From Raillietiella orientalis (Eukaryota): 64,000 nucleotides of DNA. This document shows, one piece after another, positions 13,200 through 26,490 of the stretch. The notes beneath the pieces were generated by a model. It had not been told where the DNA came from. It ran no database searches and was given only the letters and a program-made list of their open reading frames with translations. Location: assembly GCA_036172245.1 (NCBI GenBank), contig JAYWIR010000011.1:868001-932000 (forward strand), read 5' to 3'. Each line of letters opens with the position of its first letter. Position 1 is the stretch's first letter. A program made the position numbers and the translations under genes.

Positions 13200-13370
13200 T
13201 GCCAACGACAGTCTCCTCCAGAGCTGCTCGAGGGCTCTGCAGTCCGACCGGAGGTGCGAAAACGATTCCACCGCGCCTCGCACCCGGAACACTTTGGGGA
13301 TGCCGCTTTCCTGGAAACCAGGCGATTCCACTGGAATTCCCGGGACAGGACACCCGTTGAGGTTTCCACC
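13200..13370 (+). mobile_element. Decayed pre-RT region fragment, inverted paralog of 37580-37740
   Basis: ctgcagtcc...ggaggtgcg...aacgat...tttggg...ggaaaccaggcgatt is shared with the reverse complement of 37580-37740. 'SDRRCEND...EHF' resembles the SxRCxI...HF motif upstream of RT. Confidence 0.5.
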
Positions 13371-14699
13371 GCAACGGGAGCACGGTGGTGTCTATGCGCC
13401 AGGGGAGGGAGGGACCGCGAGTTCATCGGGGGAGCACGCCGAGCAGGACGCTCCGCCGAAGAGGTCCCATCGCCCGGGAACGGGGAGTGGAGGAGGCGTT
13501 CGCCAACTCGCTCGTCCTTGCAGCCGTCAGAGAGTCTCCTCGACATTGGCAGTTTGTCAGGAGAGCTCGCGGCTCGCCGGTTGGCTGCTGCCATCGCCTG
13601 CCCCGAGGACAGGCAGACGGTGCTGCGGCGGCGAGGGGAGTGACGGTGCCATCCGGAAAGCACTGGGTTCCGTCCTGCAGGACATCTTCCATCGGTTCTC
13701 AGAGGACTTTCTTCCTGTTGTGCGTGACACTCGGGTCGACAGAAGTTGTGCAGAGCGGGAGGCGAGCGGACAGAGACGTTGGAGCCTCCGGCGTCCGGCT
13801 TCGAAGACAGCCAAGTGCGGTGTCACGAGGTGCTTCAGGGAAGGCTGCCGGGGGATTTCGCTCCTGCCGGAGATCCAGGATTGCATCCAAAGCAGCGCGC
13901 GTGCGTTCCTCTTGGCTCCCATGAACGAGAAAGGATTGCACCCGGTGAAAGAAGGAAATTCGAAAGAAAAAAAAGGAAAAGAAATTGCTGGCACTGGAAT
14001 CTCCCGCGGGCACCAAACCTCCTGCTGACCTTGCGCAAGGGGCGCTTCGCAAAACCAATAACGGAGGCGCTGCAGACAATGATAGATTCGGAGCTTGGAG
14101 GCCGCGTAAGAAAGGACAATCCAATAAAAGTTCTACCAGTCCTCCGGATATCAAGTTGATTTAAGACATGCTGATGCGCTCCCTCCCTCCCTCCTGGTAC
14201 CTCCATGCGCTTTCTGCTGGCTGTTGAAATGTTTTATTTTCCTCCGCCTCTTTGCCTGGAAGCCTCTCCGGGCAAATGGAAGTCCATTACCCCCGAACGG
14301 AAGGAAGGGCGCTCGAAGACTCCTGCTGGAACTCGGGGCACGCTCCCGGAGTTCCGGAGACTTTCTCTCTCTCGCGCGCGCGTAGATTTGCTTTTTGCGG
14401 AGGAGATTTGCTTGATCTCATGATCTGTTGGCCAGGGACTATGTGGAAGAATGATTGCGGGATCTACGGGCGATTCCGTTAGGACCCGCATTCCTGCTGG
14501 AGCCCTCCGGAACGGGAAAACAACACCGGGAAAAAAGAAGCAGCAAAAGGGGAAAAAAAGAAAGAAAATGCTGCTTGCTGCTTCTGCTCCCGGCTTGGTC
14601 CGTTGCCACGGGTTTACTCATTTCTCACTCTGCGGTAATGGTCGATGGTGCATGAAGCGCTTCCACGGCGGCGTAGTGGCATGCACGTTGGCTTCCCCC

Positions 14700-14960
14700 A
14701 CCCCGTGATCCACGCGGAATCCACAAGCGCTTGGAAACCTAAAGTCTACCACGTGCCCACCCGTACATGCAGATGAACCGGCCAGTGCCCACCGTGTGGC
14801 CACTTGCATCCCGCATCGCCGGTGCATCGTCTCCTCCTCCCGAATCGCCACGGCCAGAACGCGAGGAGGACGGGTTTGAAGTGACTCGCGCCGTGAATTC
14901 GGGCAGGAAACAGACGAACGCACATCGAACCCAAGCATCTGCTTCCGGCCGCTTGCATCC
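14700..14960 (-). mobile_element. Probable N-terminal zinc-finger remnant of an RLE-LINE ORF
   Basis: 'MLGFDVRSSVSCPNSRRESLQT...MHRRCGMQVATRW' resembles LxFP...LxCPxxGC...H...HG...W. Several metal ligands are lost. Confidence 0.3.
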
Positions 14961-15129
14961 TCTTGTGCTTCGTTTTTCCTCTTCCTCCCCATCAAGAATT
15001 TTGACCACGATTCGCTTTTTGGACGCACGTCAATGGGAGGTTCCCGCGAGAGATGGAACGCTTCCCACTCATTTCCACAGAATGGCTGTCTCTCCCCTGT
15101 CCCATCCTTTGGGAGAGGCTATGGGCAGC

Positions 15130-15530
15130 TCCTGGGGCACTGAAAGTCCCCGAGTTTCCCGAAGTGCTTCTCCCGACACCGTGACAACCCCAGCCCGATT
15201 CCTGGGGTCTTTCCTCGCGCAAGCTCACCGAGGACCCCATGGCGAACATACTCTGCTGGCGCCTGCCAGGTGCAGAGGAGGAGGAAAGGAGAAGTCGGCT
15301 CATGACGGCGCATGCTGCGGCTCGCGCTGCCTGCTGCAGCCATCCAGAGATGCTGCGCGGGTTCCCGGAGGTTATAGGCGTCAAGAACGGCAACCGAGCA
15401 CTTGCCCTAAGGCGCCTTGGGCATTGCATCTCGGAGATGACACCTGTTATCGGCTGGTCGGGGTCCAGCGACTCCCAGTGCTCGCAGGCGTCGTCCTCGT
15501 GGTGCGGGCTGCTGATGCGGTGATCACCTG
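15130..15530 (-). mobile_element. Decayed RT fragment (domains 1-3), paralog of 1180-1560
   Basis: 'CPRRLRASA' and 'TWQAPAEYVRHGVLGEL' resemble AWLDxxxAFxSVxH. It has nucleotide homology to 1180-1560. Confidence 0.6.
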
Positions 15531-16249
15531 ACCCCGTCCCTCATCGAGTACTTACCGGCGACCCTGAAAAAACAGATGGTATACTCCAGCATCCACGAGT
15601 GGCACTGAGGAGAGATGAGCAACAGTCCCCCGAAAGTCGCGTCGCAGCCTCCTCGCGTAGGTGGACGGGAACATCTTGCCGATCATTTGCAGGGTCAGAT
15701 TCCGGGATTCGCTGGAGAACTTCCTTCATTAGGATGCAGAGCGTAGCCACGAAGACGACCGATCCGACCATTCCTTCCCGAGCGGCTTTGCTGAAACTGA
15801 GGAAACTGTCGTGCCTGTAACACTTACCAAGTTCGACGCGTCCTCGACGCCGCTAGCCTTTCTCAGGTGTGGCCTCTTTCTATTCCCTCCACGTTCTTTT
15901 GATTCTTTCCTCTATTACCCTGAGGAAAGAACGCGTTTCTTGAATCCCCTATGCAGCCGATGTTTAGCAGGTTTCCTCCTTTTTGATCTCTTCTAGAATA
16001 TCGGGAAAAGTTTCATTCCGACGCGAGCCGCGAGATTCCGTGTCGTGACGTCGGGCGGATCTGCCTGAACGTCCCAAATGAAGGCTGCAGTCGCAGCCGA
16101 AAGAGGGCAACTCTTGAGCATCCTGAGAGGTGGGAGCGTGGAAGAATCGTCCCAAGAGACGCCCTAGCCATTTCCAGATAGGACCTGCAGAACGTAGAGA
16201 TGCCGCTCGTGAACAAATGCATCGGGGAAGGAGGGGCAGACGGGCCGAT

Positions 16250-16701
16250 GGACGGTCCCGACCAAACGTCCTGTGCACGACGCTCTTTCGCCTGACTCAT
16301 CCCTAGCAGCTCTTTGCCGCCTACGTCGGATCGTGGCGGCCTGGAGCTACGCGAGAGGAGGACAGCGCTATAGGGACGCCATCTGCTTCGCCCTGCGCTT
16401 CTTGAGGACGGCAGAAAGATGGCCCCACCTGGGACATACTCGGATGGAACTTGCAGGCATATCGGAAAGGATGCAGAGGATGCCCTCCAGCGGACAATAA
16501 TCACTTCCCGTGACCCCCAGAGTTTTCTTTTTTTTTTATTATTTATTTTATTTTTGTTTGCTTCTTCCCCCTTCGCTGCCGAAGCGAACCTCGCCGGCCT
16601 GCGTTCAGGTCACTCGGCAGATTCCGAGCATTTTCGGGCGTTCTAGAGCCGATAGCCGATATTTTTGTAATAAATGTCCCGGCGTGATCGGGTGATAAAC
16701 C
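16250..16701 (-). repeat. Composite repeat copy (RT thumb remnant on -, T-rich tract, structured module, AATAAA 16669-16674, terminal hairpin)
   Basis: It is colinear with 44150-44576 (aagatggccccacctg, ccgagcattttcgggc, aataaa...cgggtgat). Confidence 0.8.
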
Positions 16702-17913
16702 AAACGTCGAAAAGTCAGCGAGGGATCAATTCCTCGTCCGGTGTACGCGAGAAGAAAATTCAGAGCGCTGTGAACAGAAAAGTCATAGCCGCAGGGATGG
16801 GCGGAGAATGGTAATGGTGATGTTAGTGGCGCTTGCTGTGGCCAGAGCGTCCGCCTTCCAGGAACCAAAGGGCCGGCAAGTTCAGAGGATTCATGCAAGG
16901 GAAGAGGCCCAGAGATCACTGTCCTGTGCGGTAGATCTCCGAAGAGTGGAGACACGTTTCTTCTTCGGCAAAGAAGAACGGCTCTGAGAAGGAAGCTTTG
17001 TAACCGCCCCAGTAAGCGTTTTCGTCTCTGATGCATGTGCACGATGCTGCGGCCGAGGCTGCTTCTCCTTCCGCGGAGCCGCGGGGCAGCGAGACGGAAT
17101 GTCTGCTGGAAGAGAACGAGGACGTGGAAACCCACGACAAAAATTCGGCTGCCCGGAGGCGCGGACGGAGTCCCATCCTGGCGCATCGAGCAGCGAACGT
17201 TCCGAATTTTTTCCATCGTCCGAATATCCCGGAGGCGCACGCCCATTTCCAGAGGTCCTCCGAGCCGGACAAAAAAAAAAAGGAAACATGACATCTCGGA
17301 ACGTATGGCAAAGAGAAAATCCGGTGAAGATGATGCCATTCTCTTCGGCTAAGCCACGGCGGTGTAATGAGGATGCGGAAGATCCGCGAGCTCGAGATGT
17401 GCATTACGCAGCTCCCGGCAGCCTTATTGATGGAGAGAACCGGGATGAACCGTCGCTTCCAAGTCCGGAAGCTTAGCCTGAATAAATTTATGATTCATAC
17501 CACGTCTTTGAGATAACAAGATGGTGCCTGCTCTGCTCAGGAAGCTTCTCTTCAAACATCTTCCCCGGGAAAAATCTTTCCCCTTCACTTTTCCGCAGGC
17601 GCCGCCATTCTTGCTCCCTGTCGAGCGCGATGGCACTCGCGTCTAAGAAGAATGTTCTGAATACTGGACGGGTGATCATTCGGGTCGGAACGTCTGCAGC
17701 TGACGTGGCGTAGCTGCAATGTCCGCTTCGCGGATACCGGGAGCATCCTTGGCCACCTGGACCTACTTTAGGTCAAACCGCGGCGTTCAGACTCGATGAT
17801 TTTTTGTGGGTCGATAGTTGACCACGTGATGTTGTCCCCTCTGTGTTGCTTTGGGTATGCTGACTGGGTTACCACTCGGTGGCATGGCCTCCGGGAGGCA
17901 CACTCCTTCCCCT

Positions 17914-18177
17914 TGAAGCGGCCAGAGTCGGCGCTGTTGCTGCTGCACTGGGGTCTTTCGTGCAATGCCCGCAGGCGTCACTGAACACGAAGAAAGAGGG
18001 AGGGATGAATTCGAACCGTGCCAGGTGGGGGAAGCGCGAATCCATCCCGCAATCCTACTTGTGGATTTTTTAGCTGCCTCTGGCCCTTCTGGGAACGCCT
18101 TGCCGCGACCCTAGGTACCCCGGTGACAGCTTCAGGTACGCTTTAAGGCTCCTCCTCCTACGAGACGCCCTTTGGCC
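17914..18177 (-). repeat. Left arm of a ~265-bp inverted repeat (RT thumb remnant)
   Basis: Its reverse complement matches 18625-18889 at high identity (shared ORF-track peptides). Confidence 0.9.
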
Positions 18178-18889
18178 CTCTCCCGGGTGCGCCAGGGAAT
18201 TTATTCCATAAAAGATAAACTTTCACAATCTCTGTGGTTGGACCGGTGGTTCAACTACATCCATTCCGAGGGAACCTGCCGCGTTACCGGTACGCAGACC
18301 GGTGACGTCCGTCACGGCAGCAGAGGGGAGGGGGCAAACAAGATGAAAAGGAAACAAAAATAAAGAAATAAATAAATAAACTTTGAGGGTGGGATGGGGT
18401 GCGAGAAGGGATCATGTCCTGCTGGGGGCAGTCCTTTCCATCCTTTGGAGGATGCCGGCAAGCTCTTGCTGTATGCTGTCCGTCAGTTAGAGGCATCTTG
18501 TTGCCATTCCCATGAAACGGACAGCAAGGAGGATGCGGCAACCTTGTCGCTCGGTCCTCATCTTGCGTGGCTCCAGGGAGCGACGATCCCGCGTAAGCAG
18601 CAGAGAGCTGCTAGCGAGGATGCCGGCCGAAAGGCGTTTCGTAGGAGGAAGGGCCTTAAAGCGTACCTGAATTTGCCGTCGGAGACACCTAGGGTCGCGG
18701 TAAGGCGTTCCCAGAAGGGCCAGGGGCAGCTAAAAAATCCACAAGTAGGATTGCGGGATGGATTCGCACTTCCCCCACCTGGCACGGTTAGAATTCATCC
18801 CTCCCCCCTTCTTCGTGTTCAGTGACGCCTGCGGGCATTGCACGAAAGACCCCAGTGCAGCAGCAACAGCGTCGACTCTGGCCGCTTCA
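18178..18889 (+). repeat. Composite repeat copy; its distal part (18625-18889) is the right arm of the 265-bp inverted repeat
   Basis: It has the terminal module at 18178-18330, an A-rich tract, then 'KEDAATLSLGPHLAWLQGATIPRK...LKAYLNLP' resembling the thumb pattern QKxDAxxTFxxPxL...LKxxLxLP, and 'CTKDPSAAA' resembling LTSxDPxV. Confidence 0.8.
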
Positions 18890-21800
18890 GGAAAACGAGG
18901 TGTGCCGTCCAGAGGTCTTTGGCTCGTGTCCGTACCCTTCTCTTCCCTTCGAGGTTTCCCAGGAAGGGGATTTCGCGGCCTGGAAGTCGAAAATTTTGGA
19001 GCTTTCCCGGATTGGGAAGCAATGATTGGCGAGCGCAACTGAAGGGAACCGCGCGGCCTCCAGCAGTCATCTCCCCACCGTCTCTTCTCCCTTCTCCTAC
19101 CCTCTCCGGATGATCCAAATGAGTGTCCTTCCTCTCGCCTCGGCAGAGCCTACCTCCGGCCACGAGGCGGCTCCGCTGCTTCGGTTTCTGTGCTTCTGCT
19201 CTTGCAGGGTCGCAGGCTACCGCTGCAGCCGAAGCCCTGGGAACCCCGAACTACCTGGCAAAGGAGACGGGGTGAAGCGGCTGCCGAGAATCTTATGAAT
19301 GGGTCATCTCTGCGGGAAAACAAAAACCTGTCGTTTCAGGAAAGTGGGCGTCGAAGGGGCGTCTTCCCGGTTCTCCCACCACACTTTCCCGGACAGGCGC
19401 GAGCTTCCAGGAAACCGGACGGACCCAGATGGATTTGGTTCCCGGGAGAGAAGGCGCCCACTGCAGGCTGGTGGTGTCTTCCAGCGCTCAACGCGACCGA
19501 GAGAGGCTCCTTCCTCCGAGGCCCGCCCCCCGGTTCCCACCTTCACCTACCGCCACGAAGCCTCCCTCACGCTCACCCACTCTTGCACGCCTGCCGCGGG
19601 CCCGGTCCTTCTCTGACCCTGGATAAAGAGCTGGTTGGGAAAGGCGTGGCAGGCAGCGCAGCTGGACGAGTCGGAGAGGGCGACGGGTGACTTTGGCTCT
19701 GTCCCCTCCAAGTGATCCCTCGATTTTTTTTTTTTTTTTCCTCTATGAATTTCCTCGAGATGGAAGAACGAGAAAATCCGAGAATCCCCTTCTGGGTTAG
19801 ACGCAGGATGGGTGGCAGGGGCCTCGTATTTCTTTGTGCCTTCAGGCAGGGAAAACGTCTGCGCGCGCATCCTTCCTCTCTCTCTCCTGCGTGCGCCATT
19901 GCGGATTCGTCCGACGAGGGGGCCTTCGGAGGAATCCGGAGAGCGGATCCAGACGAGCGTGGCTAAAGTTGTCCGAAGTCGAATTCTGATCGGGTGCCTC
20001 TCTCGGAAATCCCGAAGAGGAAGTCAACCCGCGTTCAAGCAGAGGGTTAACCCCTCTGCTTGCACCTCACCTGAGCAAGGGAGGGAGGGCGGAGAACCGG
20101 GAAGCATCAGATTTGTGCTGGGGTTTCTCCTCCTCCCTCCCCATCCCAAGAAACCTTTTCTTGACATGATAGGGATGGTTTGCGACAGGTTCGGCCTGCG
20201 GAGCTGCTCCCGCGGCGCTCAGAGGGAGACACCTTGGTGGGAACGTGGAGTGGGGACGCAGCAGCGTCCGGCCCGCGCACGCGCCAACGAAACGGGGCGT
20301 GGCACGCGCTCCCTCTTTAGCGAAGGCCACAAACAAATTTCGCAGGCCACAGGGGTTCATACACGAGAAGCAGGGTTCGGGGCGTGCTGTCCCGTGATCA
20401 CCAGCAAGGAACGAACCATGGCGAAGTGGCGCAGCATAGCGGCGATCGCCTGCGCTCATCTTTGACCACTGCTGCTGGTAGTCGAACCCCAATCTCAGTT
20501 AGGCGCGACGAGATGGCAGCACGGGTAAAGGAGAGCTGCTTGGTAGCGACGCGAGCTGGTGAGCTACGACCACGGGAAGGGCAGGGAGAGCTGCGACTCT
20601 CCCTGCTCTTCCCAGACCGCTGCCTCGATCCCGTGGAAGCCGCCATCTCCGGCGCCTCCGAAAGCTGTCCGGCGGCTCTGGAAGAGCCCAAGCGACGAAA
20701 AAGGAGCTAGACCGGCCGCAATTCTCGTACGAGGCCTGCCCAGGGTCGGCAGGGAAGTCTTCGTGGTATCCTTAGAATCCTGACGCCCGATGGCTACGAA
20801 GTGTTGACTGGGTCACCGACCGTGGAGCAGCGACAGCAGCTCCCAGTGACCTGCAACCTCGGCCGCCTGAAAGGTCCACTTCTCGATCAGACCGTCCGCT
20901 GCTGCTTCACGGCGTGAAATCAGCGTGTACTGTGAGCGCAATCTGGAAATACAGGATGAGCCGCGCGACCTGAAACCGGCCTCACCCAAGTCCTGCGAGT
21001 TTCACGTGTGATCCCGGACGTCAGGAAAGGTGACTCCGACCGCGCGTTCCACCAACCCTTGATAACACAGGGGACGTCTTCCGGAGCGACGGAGCGGAGG
21101 GGATCCTTGTCACCGCCCGAGTCGTCGTCTCGCAGCCACCCTGGCACCACGGTGCGTCCGGATGGCGAGCATCCTTTCCTCGCGCCCTCAGGAAGACCAC
21201 CGGATGGGGCCGGGAGAAGGTGCTGCCTGCTGCCCGGGAAAGGGAGCAGGAAGCGTGGCGGAAGAGGCCGATCACTTGTCCTCACTGATGTCTCAGCTGC
21301 GTTGGGAGGCAAGACCGTCGGAGAGCGGGGCGGGTGGCCGTCTCGAGGGATGCCGAGAGTAGCTCCAGGAGAAGAGTCAACGTGGGATCTGACCCTCCTT
21401 ACCCCCCTCACTGCTCATGAGGGGAGAGCTCATTCCCATCCCGAACGGGATCGCCGCAGTGACGAGCGAACCAGTGGGAGACACCGATCGCCTCCTGGAA
21501 GAGCGGAGCAGGCGCGTGCGCGGATCGCGGCGAACATGACGGCGGATGACGCCCGCGAAGGGTGCGGTGAAAGCAGGGAGAATGGAAGAGGAGGGGGAGA
21601 GGGGCAAGAGCCATCATCCTCTTTCGCATCCCGGGGAAGGTGGGGCGGAGGTGCCCGCTCGCTGGGCACCGCGGTCTCCGACACAGAGAGGATGGGCGTC
21701 CGCACGGCAATAGCACGGGCAGTGTCTCAGGGTCGCCTCCTCTTCTGCAGTGGAGAAGAGCATCTCTGGCTCCCGAGGGACTCCTAGCTGATCGATCATC

Positions 21801-24800
21801 CGGCATGGCATTGCCGGTCGGGAGATGCTCCGGAACATTCTGAAGTCGGCGGCAGGTGCACGCAGGGTTCTTTTTCGTTTCGACCCGCTGCGGGGGGAGG
21901 AGTCCAACCGCTTTAGGGCATCATCCATCCTGCGAGGTACCTTTTCGAGAGACGGTTCATTGCCGAGGCATCCGTCCTACTTTCCACAAGGTTACGGTTG
22001 AATCCTCTCCTCTCCCCCTTTTTCCTTCTCGCCTTTTTTTCGGAGACTGAGCAGCCGAGGGACCGAGGGACTGGAAAGGTACCGCGTTAACTCGAGAGTA
22101 CCGTGCGCCCGATGGAAGAGGGAGAGGGAGGAGGAAGGGAGAGGGAAGAATATTTCGCCGGCGTCCTCCTCTGAGCTGATTGCGCGGGAATTTTTTCTCG
22201 GGAGCTCGCAACTTTCAGACGCAAGGGGTTCCCATCTCCTGGAGATGCGAATGCGCCGCGTCCGCTGGAAGCGCCCGCCTCGACCGGTTCAGCGGGAGCC
22301 GGGGGGACCGTCGCGATACTCAGTCACCGCGACGCGCGCACCCTGAGGTCCGTGACATCAGACGCCGTCGCGTCCCCTGCGGGAGTCGCTGCACTGCGGG
22401 GAGCAGGACAGCCTAAGGAATCATGTGCACTGGATCGAGGCGGGTTGTCGGCCGTTCGGTGCCAGGGATGAAGATCCCTGGAAGCAAGAAGCTGCGTGGG
22501 GATCACGCCTCCCTAGCTAGCGAGCCGAAACCGCGCCGCCGCCCCTTGCTGCCGCTGCGCCCGCGAACCTCCATGCCAACCAGGCCACTGGAGATTCGCG
22601 ACCTCTGTGAGTGAAAGAAGGCACCGGAATCGAAGCTGCTCCCGACTGCAGCCGGGATCCTAGGATGCTGGAATCTGGACCGATCCTAAGATGCTGAAAT
22701 CTCGTCGAACTAGGCAGGCATCTGGTTCGCCCTCCCCAGGGAGAGAGGGTGCCTTCGACCGTTTGTTTGCTTACTAGTATTTCGGTTCATGGAGCACGGT
22801 CCAGTGCCGTCTTCCCATCCCCGTGTGCTGGACCATTCATCCCACGGAAACGGACAACGGACAAAGAAGCCAGCTGTCTGCCGAACCGAATGCGGAAGGG
22901 TCGGAGCGGAAGGCTGTGGGATGCAGGGAGGGGAGGGGAGGGTGGTCGATGAGTGAGCGAGTAAACGGTGAGACAGACCGGCCCTAGGAGATGATAAGGG
23001 GGCTGTGTTAGAAGCGGGGAGGAAAGAAAGAGAGCGGGGAGGGGGGTCCATTCCGCGGCTCTCTGGATGAAGGACAGACACCCATCAGAATGCCTCGGGT
23101 GCGCCGGGGGCATTTTAGGGAAATCTTTCCGTCTCCACCAACAGACGATCTCAGGTGACAGCGATCCTTCCTTCCGGTCTATCCCTGGCGCAGCCCCACA
23201 GAAGTCATCCCCGAAAGTTCGATCCTCCCCTCCTCTCTTCCTTGCTCTGCTTGCTTATTCCCTCTTCCTCGACGGGAGTCTGACCTTCTTTCACGGGATT
23301 CATTCAGGGAAGATGGCTAGGCGAGACAGGACGAGAAAGTATGGAGGGAGTTATCGACGGGATGGGATATTTGCGAAGGCTCCATCCTGCCCCCCGGAGT
23401 TATAAGAGCGAGAGCGGAACGGAGGGATGGGGTGGATGTTTCCGGCTCCGGGAGGATCGCGGGGGCATCGCCGAACGCTGGAAATCTCGCTGCCTCCCGT
23501 AGCGGCGAACCGCTTGATGAAAGGAGGGAGGATGAGAAGGGTAAGGGGGTGGGATTGGAGCAAGTGCGTGCTGTTCCCAGAACTGGCCGAGGGTCTTTGC
23601 GAACCACACAGGAGAAGGGAATCCGTTGTTTATGCGCGACGAACCACTCGAAACCGGCCCGCCGACAGTTCGTCCGGGAGGCGAAGATGGTTGCGACGAG
23701 TGCCTCGGGCGGGCCAGTTTCGAGTGACTTACCCCAGCTGCATAAGCGAATAAAGAGCGGACTCTCGAGGAAACAGCTAAACCTCGCGGATGGACCTCAG
23801 ATGCAAGATGCAAAGGGAAAGATCGAGGTTCATCACGGAGTAAGGAAGGGCGTGGTGGTGATGGAAGAGTCATTCATCTCCTTGGGCTTCCATGCTCCGA
23901 TCGATCGATGTGTCTCTTCCATTTTCAGGAGCACAAGTGCCTTTTCTTCTACTTCAGCGGCTGATGATTTAGGAAAGAGGTCTCCTGTTGATAGGGATGG
24001 ACCCGAGACCTGAGGTCCCGACCTCGGAATGAGAATCCGGAAATCCAGATGCTCCAGAAGAAAACACTGGCGGACACTGGCTGGAAGGGAGACGTGCACT
24101 ATTACCGAGTGAACAAGCCACACCCACGCATTCTCCCGGTCGCAGGGATCCTCCGCATCGCCTGCGAATTCCTCTGGGATTCATCCCTCGCCCGGAGTTT
24201 CCAGCAGGACGGGTCGGCTCGGCCTCGATGGCTCTGTGCTTCATTTCCTTCCTGTGGCGCGCGTGCGCGGTCGCCGTGTCACGTTGCTAAGCTGTTTGAA
24301 GATCCGTTCCTTCCTCTCCTGTCCTCAGCGCCCGTCTAAAGCCATAAGAGCCGTCGAGAAGGCTGCTCATTCCTTCTGAAGTGCATCCTCAGTCGACGGC
24401 CACCCGAAAGAAGTCCCGACCTATTCTCTGGGTCATCTGACTAAGGGACGAAAATACTTTTCCCGAGTCTGGAAGCGGAGATCAGTTGAGGCGGACTCCT
24501 GTGGCGCTGGCATGTTCATGGGAGAGTGAATGACCTTAAAGATAAATCGAACCTCGGTTTCTGGTTCTCCCGGAGCTGAAGTTCGATCTCTATCTTTCTT
24601 TACGGAGGGCTTCCATCTGCGTCTTCCTGCAGTCTACAGAAGAAGCGGCGGGTACTTGACCGATGACGGTTCAGGGTGTTCTCATCCAGGATTCTTGCTA
24701 GGACCGGACCAGGATACGGAATGCGGGGCACGCAACTCTGCTTCAGGCTCTGAGCATTTTCCGGGTTACAACGGTGTCCGGCTGCGACGGCATTCGAAAC

Positions 24801-25599
24801 TCTGCGCGGTTCCTCCTCTTGAGAGCAAAAGAGCACATCCCGAAGAAGGGAAGAACGATGCGGGCGTGCGCAGCGCCACACTCGAAGGACGGTCGGAAAA
24901 TCCAATTTGCGCCTCGACACCGGCCGTGGACGGATAACTTTCGAAACACACCCTCTACTCAAAATTCACAATCCACTTACCAACTTTCGGTTCGAATTAA
25001 TGTTTCCTCTTATTTGGAAGAACATTCAAAAATTGGGTTCCATTTTCCGCCTTAGTGGCAACTAATTCCAGCGCTCACGCGGCCATAAAAGCTGTTGATG
25101 ACTCCGGCCAGGAGCTGCCGTCTCTGCGCTTCTGAAAGTTTCTAATTTTTTCAGGGGCGCTCGGAACAGGAGAAAATTACTTGCTATGAAAACGTCCGTT
25201 CCGGCACATTGCCCCCATCCTCCTCCACTCTATTATCCTTATCGCCCAAAAAAAAAAAATAAGGACAGCAGCAGAATGCAGCGGGCACTTCTTGCAAGAT
25301 TTGCAAGAGCGAAATCGACTCGAAAGACGCGGTGGAAAAGTAAATCTCAGCCGGGCGACGTGAGTGGGCATATCGATCAGGGTAAATTAACCAACTTTTT
25401 GACACAAAGTGCTCTTGAAGAATTTCCTGGACGGAGCTCCGGAAGAAGTTTTTTTCGAGAGGGGCCCATGCGTTCTTCGCCTGGCGAAGAAAACTTTCCA
25501 ATAGCAGCATCAACAGTCCCGTGGAAGCCGAGCGCTACCAGCTGCAGCTCGTGTTCCTGTGGTCCGCAGCCCACGAAAGACTCCCGAGGTGCTCTCGGA

Positions 25600-26050
25600 A
25601 GCTTCTTTGTTGCTGCCGGGGGGCAGTCGGGCGAGCGCCGGAATGTCTGCGAGTGGGTGGCCTGCGTGATTACCAGAGGTCGCACGACTCGCGTTGCTTT
25701 TTCCCGACGAGTCGCTTGTCGACGAAACCTGCCGAAGAGACGACTCGAGCCTATGGGCAGCTCGCGATCTGCGACGAATTCGGAAGGAAAGTGCGCAGGT
25801 CCATCAGAGGTCACCCCCGCGTATATATCGAACTTACAGGCGTTCAAGCCGACGTCCAAAGAGGCGCGGAAGGACAGGCGACCATGTCGTGTGGAAGGAG
25901 CAGGCGATGATAGCAAGTCCGTAGTGGTGGTGGCAACTCGGGTTGACGATGCCCACGGCAAAGAGTGGCGCGCCGCGAATCCTCTCGTGAGCGTTTGCAC
26001 GCGCACGCGCGAGCGGGCGCCCACTCGCAATCCCAAGACAGATGGGAGTC
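25600..26050 (+). mobile_element. Decayed RT fragment (domains 1-3)
   Basis: 'RRLEPMGS...SEGKCAG...NLQAFKPTSKEARKDRRPCRV' resembles RRLxxW...SxEQKG...LQxxIxxARRxRRxLxV. Confidence 0.45.
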
Positions 26051-26340
26051 ATCCAGGGTGAAGGAAGCTAATAATTGGTTTGACTTCTCACTGCAGTCGG
26101 AAAATGGGTTTATTGCCTACTGGGGGAGTAAATAATAGGTCGTGGTTTGTGTGACAGCCAGTGGGCTGAAGAGGTCTGAGACGTGCCGGCTGCACATGCA
26201 GGCAGCTTCATGATGGCAAAGAATGGTTACCGGATTCCGTCACGATGAGTTGCACTGGCTGGGAGTGCCTGTGCCGTTTCGTAGGTGCAGTGTTTTGCTT
26301 CTACTCCCCCCCCCCCCCCACGTTGACTCCTAATGATCCT

Positions 26341-26490
26341 GCGCGCTCCGGAGGCTACGTGGTTACGGTATCCGCGCGTGGCACCAAGCGCCGCGGGTTC
26401 GAATACTCGGCAACAATCGTCGCCGAGAGATAAGGGTGTGTTGTGGGTTCGAGTTCCTCCCGCAAGATGACGCTGGTTGGCCTAGGGAGC
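26341..26490 (+). repeat. tRNA-like-headed repeat module, copy T2 (two B-boxes)
   Basis: ggttcgaatac (~26396) and ggttcgagttcc (~26446) are followed by tcccgcaagatgacgctggttggcc. Confidence 0.7.

Noticed and set aside
16560..16640. HDV-like ribozyme or snRNA (Sm-site-like AATTTTGG) in the structured module
   Set aside because: I could not build the P1/P2/P3 pseudoknot. The Sm-like words lie in T-rich tracts and are not conserved in all copies. This needs an Infernal search.
18178..18210. Similarity of the terminal module to the Deu/Nin SINE domain
   Set aside because: Only about 25 nt of loose similarity in one copy, and the rest of the domain is absent.
22657..22702. Two-copy ~26-bp tandem duplication (gatcctaRgatgctgRaatct)
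   Set aside because: A simple local slippage duplication with only two units.
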